Below, one piece after another: positions 8,797-18,550 of a stretch of DNA of 64,000 bases; position 1 is the first letter of the stretch, and each line of letters starts with the position of its first letter. The notes under the pieces are model-generated. The model was given only the letters and a program-made list of their open reading frames with translations, ran no database searches and was not told where the DNA came from. Position numbers and translations under genes: made by a program. This DNA comes from Thermoplasmatota archaeon (GTDB lineage Archaea; Thermoplasmatota; Thermoplasmata; Thermoplasmatales; Thermoplasmataceae), in the NCBI GenBank assembly GCA_023489435.1, contig JAMDCA010000037.1:23587-87586 (forward strand), read 5' to 3'.

Positions 8797-10398
8797 CCCA
8801 GAAACAGCTGAAAGGTTCATTTCAAGCATTGCTAGCGGATTTTTCAGGTCGAACTGATCCAGTGTATCTGGGTGGACCTCACCAATATAACCAATGCATT
8901 CACCCTTTGCCATAATCTTCCCTGTTCTGCCACTGATGAAGTTCTCATGATCCTCGGCCCTAATTTCATACTCTGCCAGTGACATCCTTGTCATTATTGC
9001 ATCCAGAACTTGTTTCATATCGGAAAACGCTGATTTTGAACTTATTCTGGCTACACACAGGTTTGTCTGCTGTTCACTTCCTAAGATGACTTCACCCAGC
9101 TCAAATACCGCCTGAGGCAGATTTCTCCTTTTGTTCAACTTTAGAAAATCAAGCACCCCCAAATACAACCTGTCTCTGACCATGCTGAAATCCAGGCTTT
9201 TGGGGTTCCTTATGTGAACCGCCCCTTTGTAATCTGCAATCCTGTAGTTTTCCTGAGCAGTAACTACATAGCTCATGATTTCCTGATAACCCAGGCCAGT
9301 CATGATGTTTCTGATATTGCTTGCCAGCTGATTGCCCACTGCTTCTGCACCTATTATGTCCAGATCAGGCATTCGAGGCTTCAGGTTTCCATATCCAAAG
9401 GCTTTGGCAATATCCTCGATCACATCAACAGGGCCCATTACATCGATTCTATTCCCCGGAACCATGGATACTATGCCTCCTTTTTCAGCTTTGGAGCTAT
9501 AACCCATTTTCTGGAGCAGAGTGGCGCATTCTTCAACATCCATTTCCTGACCCAATATCCTCTCTATTTCATTCAAAGAAACTGATATTGCTCTGCCATC
9601 CACATTCATGAATTTCCTGATATCTTCCAGATTTGACTCAGTTATGGCATAATCCAGGCAGTTGAAGTAATATGATAAAAGGAAGAAAACCTCTTTCAAG
9701 GCCTTCAGGTCTGTACCAGTAATGTCTATAAAGAAAGCAGTTGTATCTTCTGAAACAACAGTTGCACTGCCATTAACAACCGGAGGCATGGAGAGTACCC
9801 TATGCTCAGAATCCTCTATTAGCGGCACCAGATCCTTGGAAGGAATTAAATGGGCATATTCAACACCCTTGGGATGTTTTTTCAAAATATCCGAGGCACT
9901 GGCAGTCAATGTATTGTCATAAGTTGTGAACTTCGTTTTCCCTGAATTTCCGGAAAAGTAATTCAATGGGAACTTCAGGTTTTTTGCATCGTGTAATCCG
10001 ATTGATACCTTGGAGCGATCCTTCCCGATTGAAAGATGGAGTTTTTCCTGGTAATCAATTAGTTCCCTGAAATGGTCCCCTATTCTTGGCCCTTTGCAGT
10101 GAAATCCGATGGCATAAGGCCTGAGGGCCCTCACTTTACTATTAATAATAAAATCCGCTGTCCCCTTCTCAATCCTTATGGGTTGCCATTTTCCTTTTCC
10201 GTGATATATATCGATTGTTCGTTTCAAAAGGCTGAATGAAAATAGATCAGGCCTGTCAGGGTTGAACTCAACCCGGAATTCATCATTTTCCTTTTCGATG
10301 CTGAATCCTATGACATCAGCCATATTTTCAACTTCGTTTATGAAGCTATTTCCGTAAATTTTCCTTAAGGTAGGCACGGTCTCCTTGATGACGACCAT
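8785..10398 (-). CDS. pheT: Phenylalanyl-tRNA synthetase beta subunit (archaeal type)
   Basis: 537 aa, typical archaeal PheT length. N-terminal B3/4-like region with EFNPDRPDLFS; B5 and C-terminal catalytic-like domains. Confidence 0.8.
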   Translation of the reverse strand: MVVIKETVPTLRKIYGNSFINEVENMADVIGFSIEKENDEFRVEFNPDRPDLFSFSLLKRTIDIYHGKGKWQPIRIEKGTADFIINSKVRALRPYAIGFHCKGPRIGDHFRELIDYQEKLHLSIGKDRSKVSIGLHDAKNLKFPLNYFSGNSGKTKFTTYDNTLTASASDILKKHPKGVEYAHLIPSKDLVPLIEDSEHRVLSMPPVVNGSATVVSEDTTAFFIDITGTDLKALKEVFFLLSYYFNCLDYAITESNLEDIRKFMNVDGRAISVSLNEIERILGQEMDVEECATLLQKMGYSSKAEKGGIVSMVPGNRIDVMGPVDVIEDIAKAFGYGNLKPRMPDLDIIGAEAVGNQLASNIRNIMTGLGYQEIMSYVVTAQENYRIADYKGAVHIRNPKSLDFSMVRDRLYLGVLDFLKLNKRRNLPQAVFELGEVILGSEQQTNLCVARISSKSAFSDMKQVLDAIMTRMSLAEYEIRAEDHENFISGRTGKIMAKGECIGYIGEVHPDTLDQFDLKNPLAMLEMNLSAVSGLVS

Positions 10399-10536
10399 TA
10401 TTTAGGGTATAAGTGTAAGTTTAAAAATTTGGGCAATACCTCTTTGAATAGGCTGATTATGAAAATTTATGCAAGAGAGAAGCTGAATTCTTGAATTTTT
10501 AATAGCGTGGCATTAGCAGCAAAATGAATCAAAGAG

Positions 10537-10875
10537 CTACTTCACGTTCTCTTCCTTTGAGATTTCCTTGATCTCCTTGTTAATCTTGTTCAGGGTATAA
10601 TCCCTGAGAATGACCCGTATAAGGTCATCCAGTGAGATGGCAGTGCCTTGGTCAATTTCTGTCTCAAGTTCAGCGATCATCTTCTTAGGCAGAACCAGGT
10701 CTACCTTTGATGTGGGCCCCTTTCTGTAGTTGCGCTCTATAAATTCGTCAATGGCCCTTCTTACAACATCCGATACTGTCTCGTACTGGAAGTTTTCCAC
10801 CAACTCCTCGAGTTGGCCCATAGTTTCCTTTGTCAGCCTGACAGTTATCCTAAATGGTACAGACAGTATTTTCAC
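10537..10875 (-). CDS. Ribbon-helix-helix (CopG-like) DNA-binding protein with two tandem RHH modules
   Basis: Module 1: FRITVRLTKETMGQLEELVENFQYETVSDVVRRAIDEFIE. Module 2: KVDLVLPKKMIAELETEIDQGTAISLDDLIRVILRDYT. Both follow the strand-helix-helix pattern. Confidence 0.6.
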   Translation of the reverse strand: MKILSVPFRITVRLTKETMGQLEELVENFQYETVSDVVRRAIDEFIERNYRKGPTSKVDLVLPKKMIAELETEIDQGTAISLDDLIRVILRDYTLNKINKEIKEISKEENVK

Positions 10876-10925
10876 CTCTCATGCAAAGAAACCAATGATC
10901 CATGTAAGGAGGATTGGCATCATAC

Positions 10926-11046
10926 ATTCGTCTGACAAATTAATGCCTTAATATAAACTTTGTTAATACAAAATAAACATACTAAATTTCGTCTGTGGTT
11001 TAAAGCAGTCATTAAATAGGTTTCCCTCAAAATTGGCAGACGAAAT
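10926..11046. promoter_or_regulatory. Three copies of a TTCGTCTG motif in the divergent promoter region (two direct, one inverted); putative operator set
   Basis: attcgtctg at 10926-10934. atttcgtctg at 10986-10995. Its exact reverse complement cagacgaaat at 11037-11046 (10-bp perfect inverted repeat, ~41-nt spacer). Lies between the RHH gene and the LbH gene. Confidence 0.45.
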
Positions 11047-11071
11047 ATCGCGCCCTATGTACAAACATTAA

Positions 11072-11632
11072 GTGAAAGAACCACTTACAGTTGTAATGCC
11101 CATACTTATTGGAAAGAACTGTTATATTGCCAATACAGCAGTTCTAATCGGGGAAGTTACAATAGGTGATGATGTGGCTATTTTTGACCATGTAGTCCTA
11201 AGAGGAGATCTCAATAAGATAATGGTTGGAAATGGATCCAATATACAGGACAACGTAACATTTCACACAGAGATCAACCATGGCACATCTATTGGTGAGG
11301 GCGTCTCAGTGGGGCATAATGCTGTTGTTCATGGATGCGAACTCAAGGATAACATAATAGTTGGAATGGGTGCCATAGTCATGAATGGGTCCAAAATACC
11401 CTCAGGATGCGTCATAGCAGCAGGGGCAGTTGTCACTGAAAATTTCACCTGCAGAGAGAACTCCCTTATTGCGGGGTTGCCAGCCAAGGTAAAAAGAGAA
11501 GCGGATCCACTTCTCCTTGAATATGCTAAGAAGAATGCCCAGTCTTATGGTGTACTCAGGGAAAAACATTTAGCCGGTGATTTTCCCAGGGAAACCGGCA
11601 AAACCCTGAAAGGCAGGAACGCACCTACATAA
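11072..11632 (+). CDS. Gamma-class carbonic anhydrase-like / hexapeptide-repeat (LbH) family protein
   Basis: Left-handed beta-helix hexapeptide repeats ([45 protein letters not shown]). GTG at 11072; ATG at 11096 is an alternative start. Confidence 0.75.
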   Translation: MKEPLTVVMPILIGKNCYIANTAVLIGEVTIGDDVAIFDHVVLRGDLNKIMVGNGSNIQDNVTFHTEINHGTSIGEGVSVGHNAVVHGCELKDNIIVGMGAIVMNGSKIPSGCVIAAGAVVTENFTCRENSLIAGLPAKVKREADPLLLEYAKKNAQSYGVLREKHLAGDFPRETGKTLKGRNAPT

Positions 11633-11754
11633 GCCCCTGCATTCGGTTCTGCACTGCTCTTTACAGAGTCACAGATATGTTCCCGTACAAAAAACTGATA
11701 TTAGAAACTCTTGGGTTCCACCGTTTGAGGTGTCTAATGAATAGAACACTAAAA

Positions 11755-12453
11755 ATGGGAGTTAAAAAACTCCAGAGAGCCTTCAGCCTTAAGGCCAATA
11801 GGGCTGAAACCGGGATTGGAACCCTGATTATCTTTATAGCCATGGTTCTAGTCGCAGCAGTAGCAGCAACCGTGCTGATACACACAGCCGGAAGCCTGCA
11901 GCAGAAAGCAACAAGCACTGGTACGTCAACCACCCAGCAGGTAGCAACGGGACTTACCGTCTCATCAGTTTGGGGCCTTGACAACGCATCAGTTGTGGAG
12001 TCAGGAAGCATAAGCGAGATTGCCATCTACGTTACACCTAACGCAGGCAGCTCGGGAATCAACCTGAACCAGACAACCGTGCAGTTAACTTACAACGGCA
12101 TCACAGCCTCGTTGACCTACAGCACAACCAACAGTAACACCACCAAGAGCTTCCATGATGTAACATCCGGAACCAGCAACGTTTTCCAGAGTGAATTCTT
12201 CAAAGCCGCGAATGCAACAAATTTTGCAGTCCTTGATCTGAAGGATCCGCAGAAGTCCATGACAAAATACTACCCAGTTGTAACATCTGGTGGAGAAGCT
12301 GCAATACTCATTAACGTTACCGCCGTCTTTGGGATTGGAATCACACAGAACGCACCTGTGACAGGATCTGTCGTACCGCAAGTGGGCAACCCGGGAGTGA
12401 TACAGTTCAGCGCACCGTTTGCTTTCACACAGAAGGTTATGGAGCTCCAGTAA
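11755..12453 (+). CDS. arlB: Archaellin (archaeal flagellin) with class III signal peptide
   Basis: [42 protein letters not shown] is the hallmark archaellin N-terminus. Several N-x-S/T sequons. The track ORF starts at 11677, but ATG 11755 gives the usual short leader (11737 is also possible). Confidence 0.9.
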   Translation: MGVKKLQRAFSLKANRAETGIGTLIIFIAMVLVAAVAATVLIHTAGSLQQKATSTGTSTTQQVATGLTVSSVWGLDNASVVESGSISEIAIYVTPNAGSSGINLNQTTVQLTYNGITASLTYSTTNSNTTKSFHDVTSGTSNVFQSEFFKAANATNFAVLDLKDPQKSMTKYYPVVTSGGEAAILINVTAVFGIGITQNAPVTGSVVPQVGNPGVIQFSAPFAFTQKVMELQ

Positions 12454-12490
12454 GCTCCAAATACCTTCTCCTATTTGAGCAGTGATTACA

Positions 12491-12982
12491 ATGGGTCTCT
12501 TCGATAATATAAAGGGCTTAGGCAAAAAGAAGAAAGAGACCACAGTCAACGTACCCCAGCAGAATTCACTCATACAACCACCTACAGAAGCACAGCAGAG
12601 CACACAGTCATTTGACAGTAAGTTCATTGATGGTGTTAATCAGCGAATCAGTGCGGTGGAAAACGAAGTCAGTAAACTGAATGTATCAATGGAAACCGCG
12701 AAGAGGAACATATCTGAAATCAAAGAGGAGTTGGAGAAAGTGAGGGAGAATGTCAAAATGGTAGTATCATTGTATGAAATGGTATCCAAGAAATTCAACC
12801 CCTTCATGGATGTAACTCCTGAGGAAATCAAGGAAGTCACTGATGTGCTTAGGGAGAACATACACGACCTGGAGAGAATGGTACAGTATGCTATCGATGA
12901 TCTCAAGGAACTATATGGGGCCCCTGATCTTGATGACATGATTTCAGATGTAGAACACCAGGAGGATACAAATGATCAATGA
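12491..12982 (+). CDS. arlC: Archaellum accessory protein, FlaC_arch-type coiled coil (ArlC-like)
   Basis: Coiled coil followed by VVSLYEMVSKKFNPFMD, matching the slYEvVs..NPF signature of the FlaC domain. Position directly after arlB. Confidence 0.65.
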   Translation: MGLFDNIKGLGKKKKETTVNVPQQNSLIQPPTEAQQSTQSFDSKFIDGVNQRISAVENEVSKLNVSMETAKRNISEIKEELEKVRENVKMVVSLYEMVSKKFNPFMDVTPEEIKEVTDVLRENIHDLERMVQYAIDDLKELYGAPDLDDMISDVEHQEDTNDQ

Positions 12983-13664
12983 TGCGTTGAAAAGTTTTCT
13001 GCAGACCAAAATGGACTCTGCAGACAAGACCATTCCTAAATTTGTACTGGAAGAGCTTCGGCAGAAAATACTGAACTCGCCTACGAAATTCTCAAAATCG
13101 GACATTGAAGCCCTCTTTAACAATCTGGAGCAAAGGTATAGCGAAAGCAAAGAGAACTCACTCTTAGGGAAGGTGGACAACCTTTTCAAGGAGATATCAA
13201 ACGTCGAGAAGATGCTATCTGGAGAAGGAAACAAGAAGAAGCCTAATGAACCGGATGCGGAAACTAGCCAGGTGCAGGCAAGATACCCATGGAAGGCCCA
13301 CAGAAAAGCCAAGCTGGAAACACTTGGTGATGATGTGGTCTCACTCATGGTTGCCTTGCGATGGCTGGAGTTCCTGTTGGACAACTATGGCCCGGAGAAC
13401 ACCATGGATGTGCTGGACTACTACGAGAGCATAGGATGGATTTCCCAGTCAGTAAAGGAACAGATGATAAAGTTCACGAAAATGACTGGCCTGATCAGCC
13501 CTGTGCAGGAGTACAAGGTCAAGCCTTCAATCCAGGACCACATAGTTACCATGCTCTTCATCGAAAAGCTCAACGGTGGCGAGATTACAAGAGATCTGAT
13601 CGAAGCACTGGAAAGAGACTTCAGAATGTTGAAGAAGGGAGTGGACGAATTATATGGGATTTAG
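12972..13664 (+). CDS. arlD: Archaellum accessory protein with FlaD/E domain (ArlD/E-like)
   Basis: VALRWLEFLLDNYGPENTMDVLDYYESIGWISQSVKEQM matches the FlaD/E signature. Start overlaps the arlC end. Confidence 0.7.
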   Translation: MINDALKSFLQTKMDSADKTIPKFVLEELRQKILNSPTKFSKSDIEALFNNLEQRYSESKENSLLGKVDNLFKEISNVEKMLSGEGNKKKPNEPDAETSQVQARYPWKAHRKAKLETLGDDVVSLMVALRWLEFLLDNYGPENTMDVLDYYESIGWISQSVKEQMIKFTKMTGLISPVQEYKVKPSIQDHIVTMLFIEKLNGGEITRDLIEALERDFRMLKKGVDELYGI

Positions 13665-14076
13665 TTACGTTGTAGCTGTGGCAATATTGCTAAGCTCTTC
13701 CCTTATTTTTTTCGGCATAATATATTCCGACTATGTGCACACGGAAACACAGATAAATGATGCACAGCATAAGGCATACTTGCAGAATTACGATTACATG
13801 AATTCCAAGGTCAGCATAGACAACTATAGCTATGCCGCCTCGGGTTCAAACTTCACAGTAACTTTGAACGTTACAAATACGGGGAGTGTGACCCTCAACA
13901 TGAATCACACAAACGTGCTGGTTAACGGTAGCCTCGTTAACTTCACATATGGCAGTCAATACCTGTTCCCCCTGGGAAACGATACAATAACGTTCATCAC
14001 AGGAGCGGGGACACACAATGTGGAAATGGTGTTTAACACGGGATATGAAAAATTTGAAAAAGTGGTGATACCCTAA
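13654..14076 (+). CDS. arlF: Archaellum stator/anchor protein ArlF (FlaF)
   Basis: 140 aa. N-terminal archaellin-like hydrophobic helix MGFSYVVAVAILLSSSLIFFGIIY, then a beta-rich domain. Operon position. Confidence 0.7.
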   Translation: MGFSYVVAVAILLSSSLIFFGIIYSDYVHTETQINDAQHKAYLQNYDYMNSKVSIDNYSYAASGSNFTVTLNVTNTGSVTLNMNHTNVLVNGSLVNFTYGSQYLFPLGNDTITFITGAGTHNVEMVFNTGYEKFEKVVIP

Positions 14077-14522
14077 TGGCGTCAATGGCAACTTCGGAAA
14101 TGATATTTTTCATTGCCACGCTCATATTGAGCGTCAGCGTAGTGGGTGTGCTAGGTGGCCAGACAGCCCATCTTTCCCTTGGAATGCAGAATTCCGCCAA
14201 GGGAACATCCAGCCAGATCCAGACGAACTTTGAGATAATAAACGACCCAAGCAGCATTCCTTACGAGAATGGGTACGTGTTCTACATAAAGAACACCGGT
14301 GAGACGGGAATTTATTTCACAAATGCGACAGTTAATGTGCTCATCAATGGCACGCTCATTTCGGGCAGCGAGGTAAGCATGGTTTCTCCTGGAAACACGG
14401 GGGAACTCATGCCCAGCCAGGTGGGCGAGATAGTGGTCAATGTGACCATCCCCAGTGGATATAATGAAATAACAGTGTCTGTGTCCAATGGGCTGAGCAA
14501 GAGCATGGAATTCCTAATTTGA
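14076..14522 (+). CDS. arlG: Archaellum protein ArlG (FlaG)
   Basis: 148 aa. N-terminal SEMIFFIATLILSVSVVGVLGG. Start shares one nt with the arlF stop (TAATG). Confidence 0.7.
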   Translation: MASMATSEMIFFIATLILSVSVVGVLGGQTAHLSLGMQNSAKGTSSQIQTNFEIINDPSSIPYENGYVFYIKNTGETGIYFTNATVNVLINGTLISGSEVSMVSPGNTGELMPSQVGEIVVNVTIPSGYNEITVSVSNGLSKSMEFLI

Positions 14523-14532
14523 TGGTGAAGCG

Positions 14533-15204
14533 ATGTATCTGAATTTTTCCCTTGAGGGGGATGAACTGGATAGGCGAATGGGCGGAGGTTTGTATCTCGG
14601 CCAGGTGATAACCATAGAAGGAGGCAGCGGGGCAGGAAAAACTCTCCTGTGTTTGAGATTAGCCTATGGTTTGATAAAACATAATACAACCGTCGCCTAC
14701 ATATCGTCCCAGTTCCCCATCAGGGAATTCATCAATGAGGCGGAATCACTGGGCTACCCCATGATGAATGAAATACTTGCTGACCAGGTTTCCTTCATAA
14801 CCTCGGTGTTTCTAATGAGGAAGAACAGGAAAGCAACCCTTGACGAGCTCCTGAACATGGAGCAGGTCAAAGACAAGCAGGTCCTCATCATAGATGCACT
14901 GAACCCTGAAATGTTCAGCGATTATGATGTTGGAGAATATTTCTCAAAACTGAGGAAGTTCTCGGAAAACAGGATAGTCATCGTCACAATAAATCCAGCA
15001 GATGTTGGGAAAAACAACCTTTCAACTATACATGAGCTTTCCACAACAATAATAGCACTCACCACAAAGGATCTTGCAGGAGAAAGAAGGCATGTGGTTG
15101 ACCTGGTGAAATTTCCCATGGCACTCAACTCATTCCAGCAGGCAATTCCATTCAGGATAGAACCCAAGCGTGGGTTGATAGTTGAAATCTCAAGCGTATC
15201 ATGA
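14533..15204 (+). CDS. arlH: Archaellum KaiC/RecA-like ATP-binding protein ArlH (FlaH)
   Basis: Walker A GGSGAGKT; ~220 aa; operon position. Confidence 0.85.
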   Translation: MYLNFSLEGDELDRRMGGGLYLGQVITIEGGSGAGKTLLCLRLAYGLIKHNTTVAYISSQFPIREFINEAESLGYPMMNEILADQVSFITSVFLMRKNRKATLDELLNMEQVKDKQVLIIDALNPEMFSDYDVGEYFSKLRKFSENRIVIVTINPADVGKNNLSTIHELSTTIIALTTKDLAGERRHVVDLVKFPMALNSFQQAIPFRIEPKRGLIVEISSVS

Positions 15205-15213
15205 GGAATTAAA

Positions 15214-16833
15214 ATGGCAGATTATGTAATATCAGACAGTCTTGAGGTAGCGGTTCAGAGGAACCCGCACCTTTACACTTACATCAATGAATACCGTGCA
15301 CTGGCACAGAGGACCCCGCAGTTCGTGCCTGTACCGGACAACTCACTTCGGGATATTGCTTCTCTGGATGTCATTTATCCCGTGGGAGACCCAATATTTA
15401 TTCACATTTACACTGAGAACGGGACCAAGATCTACAAGCCGGTTGAACCTGACCTCACCATGGAGGAACTGGGTTTCATGGAACAGATCCTGGGAGTCAT
15501 ACTGAATTATGCAGCAGACTACCCTCCCCCGGAATCTGAGGAAGTCCTGGACCACAACCTTGAAGATATCTACAACAAAGCAGTGACAGTTGGGTCAACA
15601 AACAAAGTCAAGTTGACTTCAGTTACCATCAAGGCTGACCTTCGGGACAAAATGCTCTATAACATCAAGAAAGATGTCATAGGTCTGGGGCCGATTGAGC
15701 CACTTATCCGAGATTCTAACATTGAAGATATCAGTGGCATAGGTGCAAATGACATATTTATCGTGCATAAGATATTTGGTTCCCTGAAGACGAGAGTGAG
15801 CTTTGGAGACAATGACCGCCTTTCAATATACAGCAAAAGGCTAAGTGAACGAGTCGGAAGGCCGGTATCAGACAAGACTCCGATCGTTGACGCCACCCTT
15901 CCGGATGGTTCCAGGCTCTCAATTGTTTACAGCAGTGATGTTTCAACACGTGGGCCGAGCTTTACAATCAGGAAATTCGCAGATATTCCAATAAGTATTG
16001 TTCAGCTGGTCAGGTTCAACACACTTTCAGCTGAGGAAGCTGCCTATCTCTGGCTAGCATTAGAATACGGCCAGAGTGTCTTCGTGTGCGGTGAAACAGC
16101 CAGTGGCAAGACTACAGTCGTTAACGCAATGGTGCCTTTCATAAGGCCAGAATCCAAGATATTCAGCGCAGAGGATACCCCTGAAGTGAGGGCCCCTCAG
16201 GAAGCCTGGCAGCAGCTTGTCACAAGAGAAAGAGGTGCCGAGGAGAGCAGAGTTACCCTGTTCGATCTGTTAAAGACGGCATTGAGGTCAAGGCCAAATT
16301 ACATCATTGTGGGAGAAATCCGAGGAGCTGAAGGATCCATGGCCTTCCAGGCAATGCAGACAGGGCACCCTGTCATTTCAACATTCCATGCGGCTTCCGT
16401 CAAGAAAATGATACAAAGGTTCACAGGAACACCGATTAACATACCTGTCACTTTCATGGATAACCTGAATATTGCCCTCATACAGCAGGCCGTGTACGTA
16501 AACGGGAAATTTCTGAGAAGAACAACCAGCATAAACGAGATTGAAGGTTACTTCGAGGAACTTGGTGGAGTTTCAACCAAGCAGGTATTCCAGTGGGATG
16601 CAACCAATGACAAACACGTGTTCAGGGGACTCAATAACAGTTACATATTAGAGAAGAGAATTGCACAGACTGCCGGAATGACAGACCCGAAGGCAATTTA
16701 CGACGAGTTGTTCAAGAGGGCCAGGATCATAGAATGGATGCTCAAGAACAACATAATGTCATACTACAAGGTGTTTGAGCTCATCAAGTCTTTCTACACC
16801 AAAGGTGCAGAATCAATACCGATATACGGGTGA
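15214..16833 (+). CDS. arlI: Archaellum motor/assembly ATPase ArlI (FlaI)
   Basis: Secretion-ATPase family. Walker A GETASGKTT, Walker B-like YIIVGEIRGAEG. 539 aa. Confidence 0.92.
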   Translation: MADYVISDSLEVAVQRNPHLYTYINEYRALAQRTPQFVPVPDNSLRDIASLDVIYPVGDPIFIHIYTENGTKIYKPVEPDLTMEELGFMEQILGVILNYAADYPPPESEEVLDHNLEDIYNKAVTVGSTNKVKLTSVTIKADLRDKMLYNIKKDVIGLGPIEPLIRDSNIEDISGIGANDIFIVHKIFGSLKTRVSFGDNDRLSIYSKRLSERVGRPVSDKTPIVDATLPDGSRLSIVYSSDVSTRGPSFTIRKFADIPISIVQLVRFNTLSAEEAAYLWLALEYGQSVFVCGETASGKTTVVNAMVPFIRPESKIFSAEDTPEVRAPQEAWQQLVTRERGAEESRVTLFDLLKTALRSRPNYIIVGEIRGAEGSMAFQAMQTGHPVISTFHAASVKKMIQRFTGTPINIPVTFMDNLNIALIQQAVYVNGKFLRRTTSINEIEGYFEELGGVSTKQVFQWDATNDKHVFRGLNNSYILEKRIAQTAGMTDPKAIYDELFKRARIIEWMLKNNIMSYYKVFELIKSFYTKGAESIPIYG

Positions 16834-16838
16834 AGTGA

Positions 16839-18494
16839 ATGCCAGAGTTCAGGTTTCTAGGGACAGTTTCCAAGATAGAATTTAAGAAAAGAGACCTGGC
16901 AATAATGGGCATTTCACTTGTCCTTGTTGTTGTGGGAATTATTCTTTACAACCTTACCGGAATCCTGTATCTCGCAGGAGCCGCTGCTGTTGGCGCCGTA
17001 TTAGTGCTCTTCATTATTCTGCGGCCTGTGCTTGAAAGGGATGTGGCCAAGACCGATATCAATTCAAACATACCATATTTCATAACTGCATTTGCAACCC
17101 TCTCAGTCAGTGCAGCAAACAGGATCGACATGCTGGAGCTCCTGTCTGAGAAAGAAAAACTGGGCAGGATCAAGGATGAGATAGCAAAACTGGTAAACCT
17201 TGTCAAGAACTGGAGAAGGGGGCTTTCAGAAGCTGCGATGTTCCTCTCATCCAGATCTCCAAGTGAAATTTTTGAGGATTTCCTAGCAAGGTTTGGTCAC
17301 GCTATCAACAGTGGACAGGATTTTGAAGAATTTGTGAACAACGAGGCAGAGACCGTGATGAGCAACTTTGAAACCACGTATATTTCTTCGCTCTACACAT
17401 TCGACCTTTACAAGGATCTTTACGTTTCAATGCTGCTGTCCTTTGCATTTCTTATAACATTTGTAATGATAATGCCTATACTCATAAACATCAATATTGT
17501 CCAGGTTCTGTCACTGAGCCTGCTAACAATTGTGCTTGGGGAGGCAATGCTTGTTTATGGAATCAAGGTAGTGCTGCCAAATGACCCCATATGGCACAAC
17601 ACTGGGATTAAGACTCCCCTGCAACTCAAGATTCAAAAATACCTTATTATTGGATGTGCCTCATCTGTTGTTCTTCTAGTCATCTCCTTAGTGATGCGCC
17701 TTTACACGATTCTGCCTTTTTACCTCATAATAGCCATAATCGTAACCCCGCTATTTGTGCCCGGTTATGTGGGTTCGAAAGCGGAAAAGATAGTCGCAAA
17801 GAAGGATGAGATGTTTGGAAGTTTCATCAGGTCCCTTGCAGGATCAGCTGCTGCGAGGGGCAATATGATAATAGAAGCTTTAAAAGCTATCGTACTCCAT
17901 GACTTTGGTACTCTCACCTCAGATATAAGGGCACTTTACAGAAGGCTCGCATACAGGATCAACAACCTCTCATCCTGGAAAAATTTCAGCGCAGATACTG
18001 GATCTCACCTTATAGAAGTGTTTTCGGAGAGCTTTGTTGAAAGTGTTGAACTTGGGGCAAATGCTGATAAGGCGGGAGCCGTGGTTGCAGACAATTTTGA
18101 CAGGGTTATCAGGCTCAGAAAGAGAAGGCATGCCTCGGTAACCAGTTACGTGGGCGTCCTTTATGGCATAACAGGTGGGCTGGCATTTTCACTCGCAATC
18201 GCATTTGGGGTGCTGCAGATCATAAACAAGGTATTCTCCACCTTCAATGTACAGTCCCTGAACTCCTTTGGAATATTTGTTTCCCAGCCGCAGTCTTCAA
18301 TACTCACCATAGAGGGTTTCATTATTGCAATACTGCTTGTACACTCATTCATTGCGGGGACTGCCCTTAAAATCGCAGACGGTGGAAAAGTTGTACACGG
18401 ACTGCATCATTTCGTTATCATGACATGGATAGTAACCACTGTCATGTATGGGACACTGCAGATTGTAAACCTGATATTGGGCGGTTCCCTGTAA
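16839..18494 (+). CDS. arlJ: Archaellum membrane platform protein ArlJ (FlaJ)
   Basis: 551-aa polytopic membrane protein directly after arlI (T2SS-F-like architecture). Confidence 0.85.
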   Translation: MPEFRFLGTVSKIEFKKRDLAIMGISLVLVVVGIILYNLTGILYLAGAAAVGAVLVLFIILRPVLERDVAKTDINSNIPYFITAFATLSVSAANRIDMLELLSEKEKLGRIKDEIAKLVNLVKNWRRGLSEAAMFLSSRSPSEIFEDFLARFGHAINSGQDFEEFVNNEAETVMSNFETTYISSLYTFDLYKDLYVSMLLSFAFLITFVMIMPILININIVQVLSLSLLTIVLGEAMLVYGIKVVLPNDPIWHNTGIKTPLQLKIQKYLIIGCASSVVLLVISLVMRLYTILPFYLIIAIIVTPLFVPGYVGSKAEKIVAKKDEMFGSFIRSLAGSAAARGNMIIEALKAIVLHDFGTLTSDIRALYRRLAYRINNLSSWKNFSADTGSHLIEVFSESFVESVELGANADKAGAVVADNFDRVIRLRKRRHASVTSYVGVLYGITGGLAFSLAIAFGVLQIINKVFSTFNVQSLNSFGIFVSQPQSSILTIEGFIIAILLVHSFIAGTALKIADGGKVVHGLHHFVIMTWIVTTVMYGTLQIVNLILGGSL

Positions 18495-18550
18495 TATTTC
18501 CCAATTAATACGAGATAACAATAATATATGAGTTGCACTCTAGAACACAG

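Noticed and set aside
11661-12627. Minus-strand ORFs of 121 aa (11661-12026) and 180 aa (12085-12627) antisense to arlB/arlC
   Set aside because: They overlap the unmistakable archaellin gene. The products are Cys-rich with no domain features.
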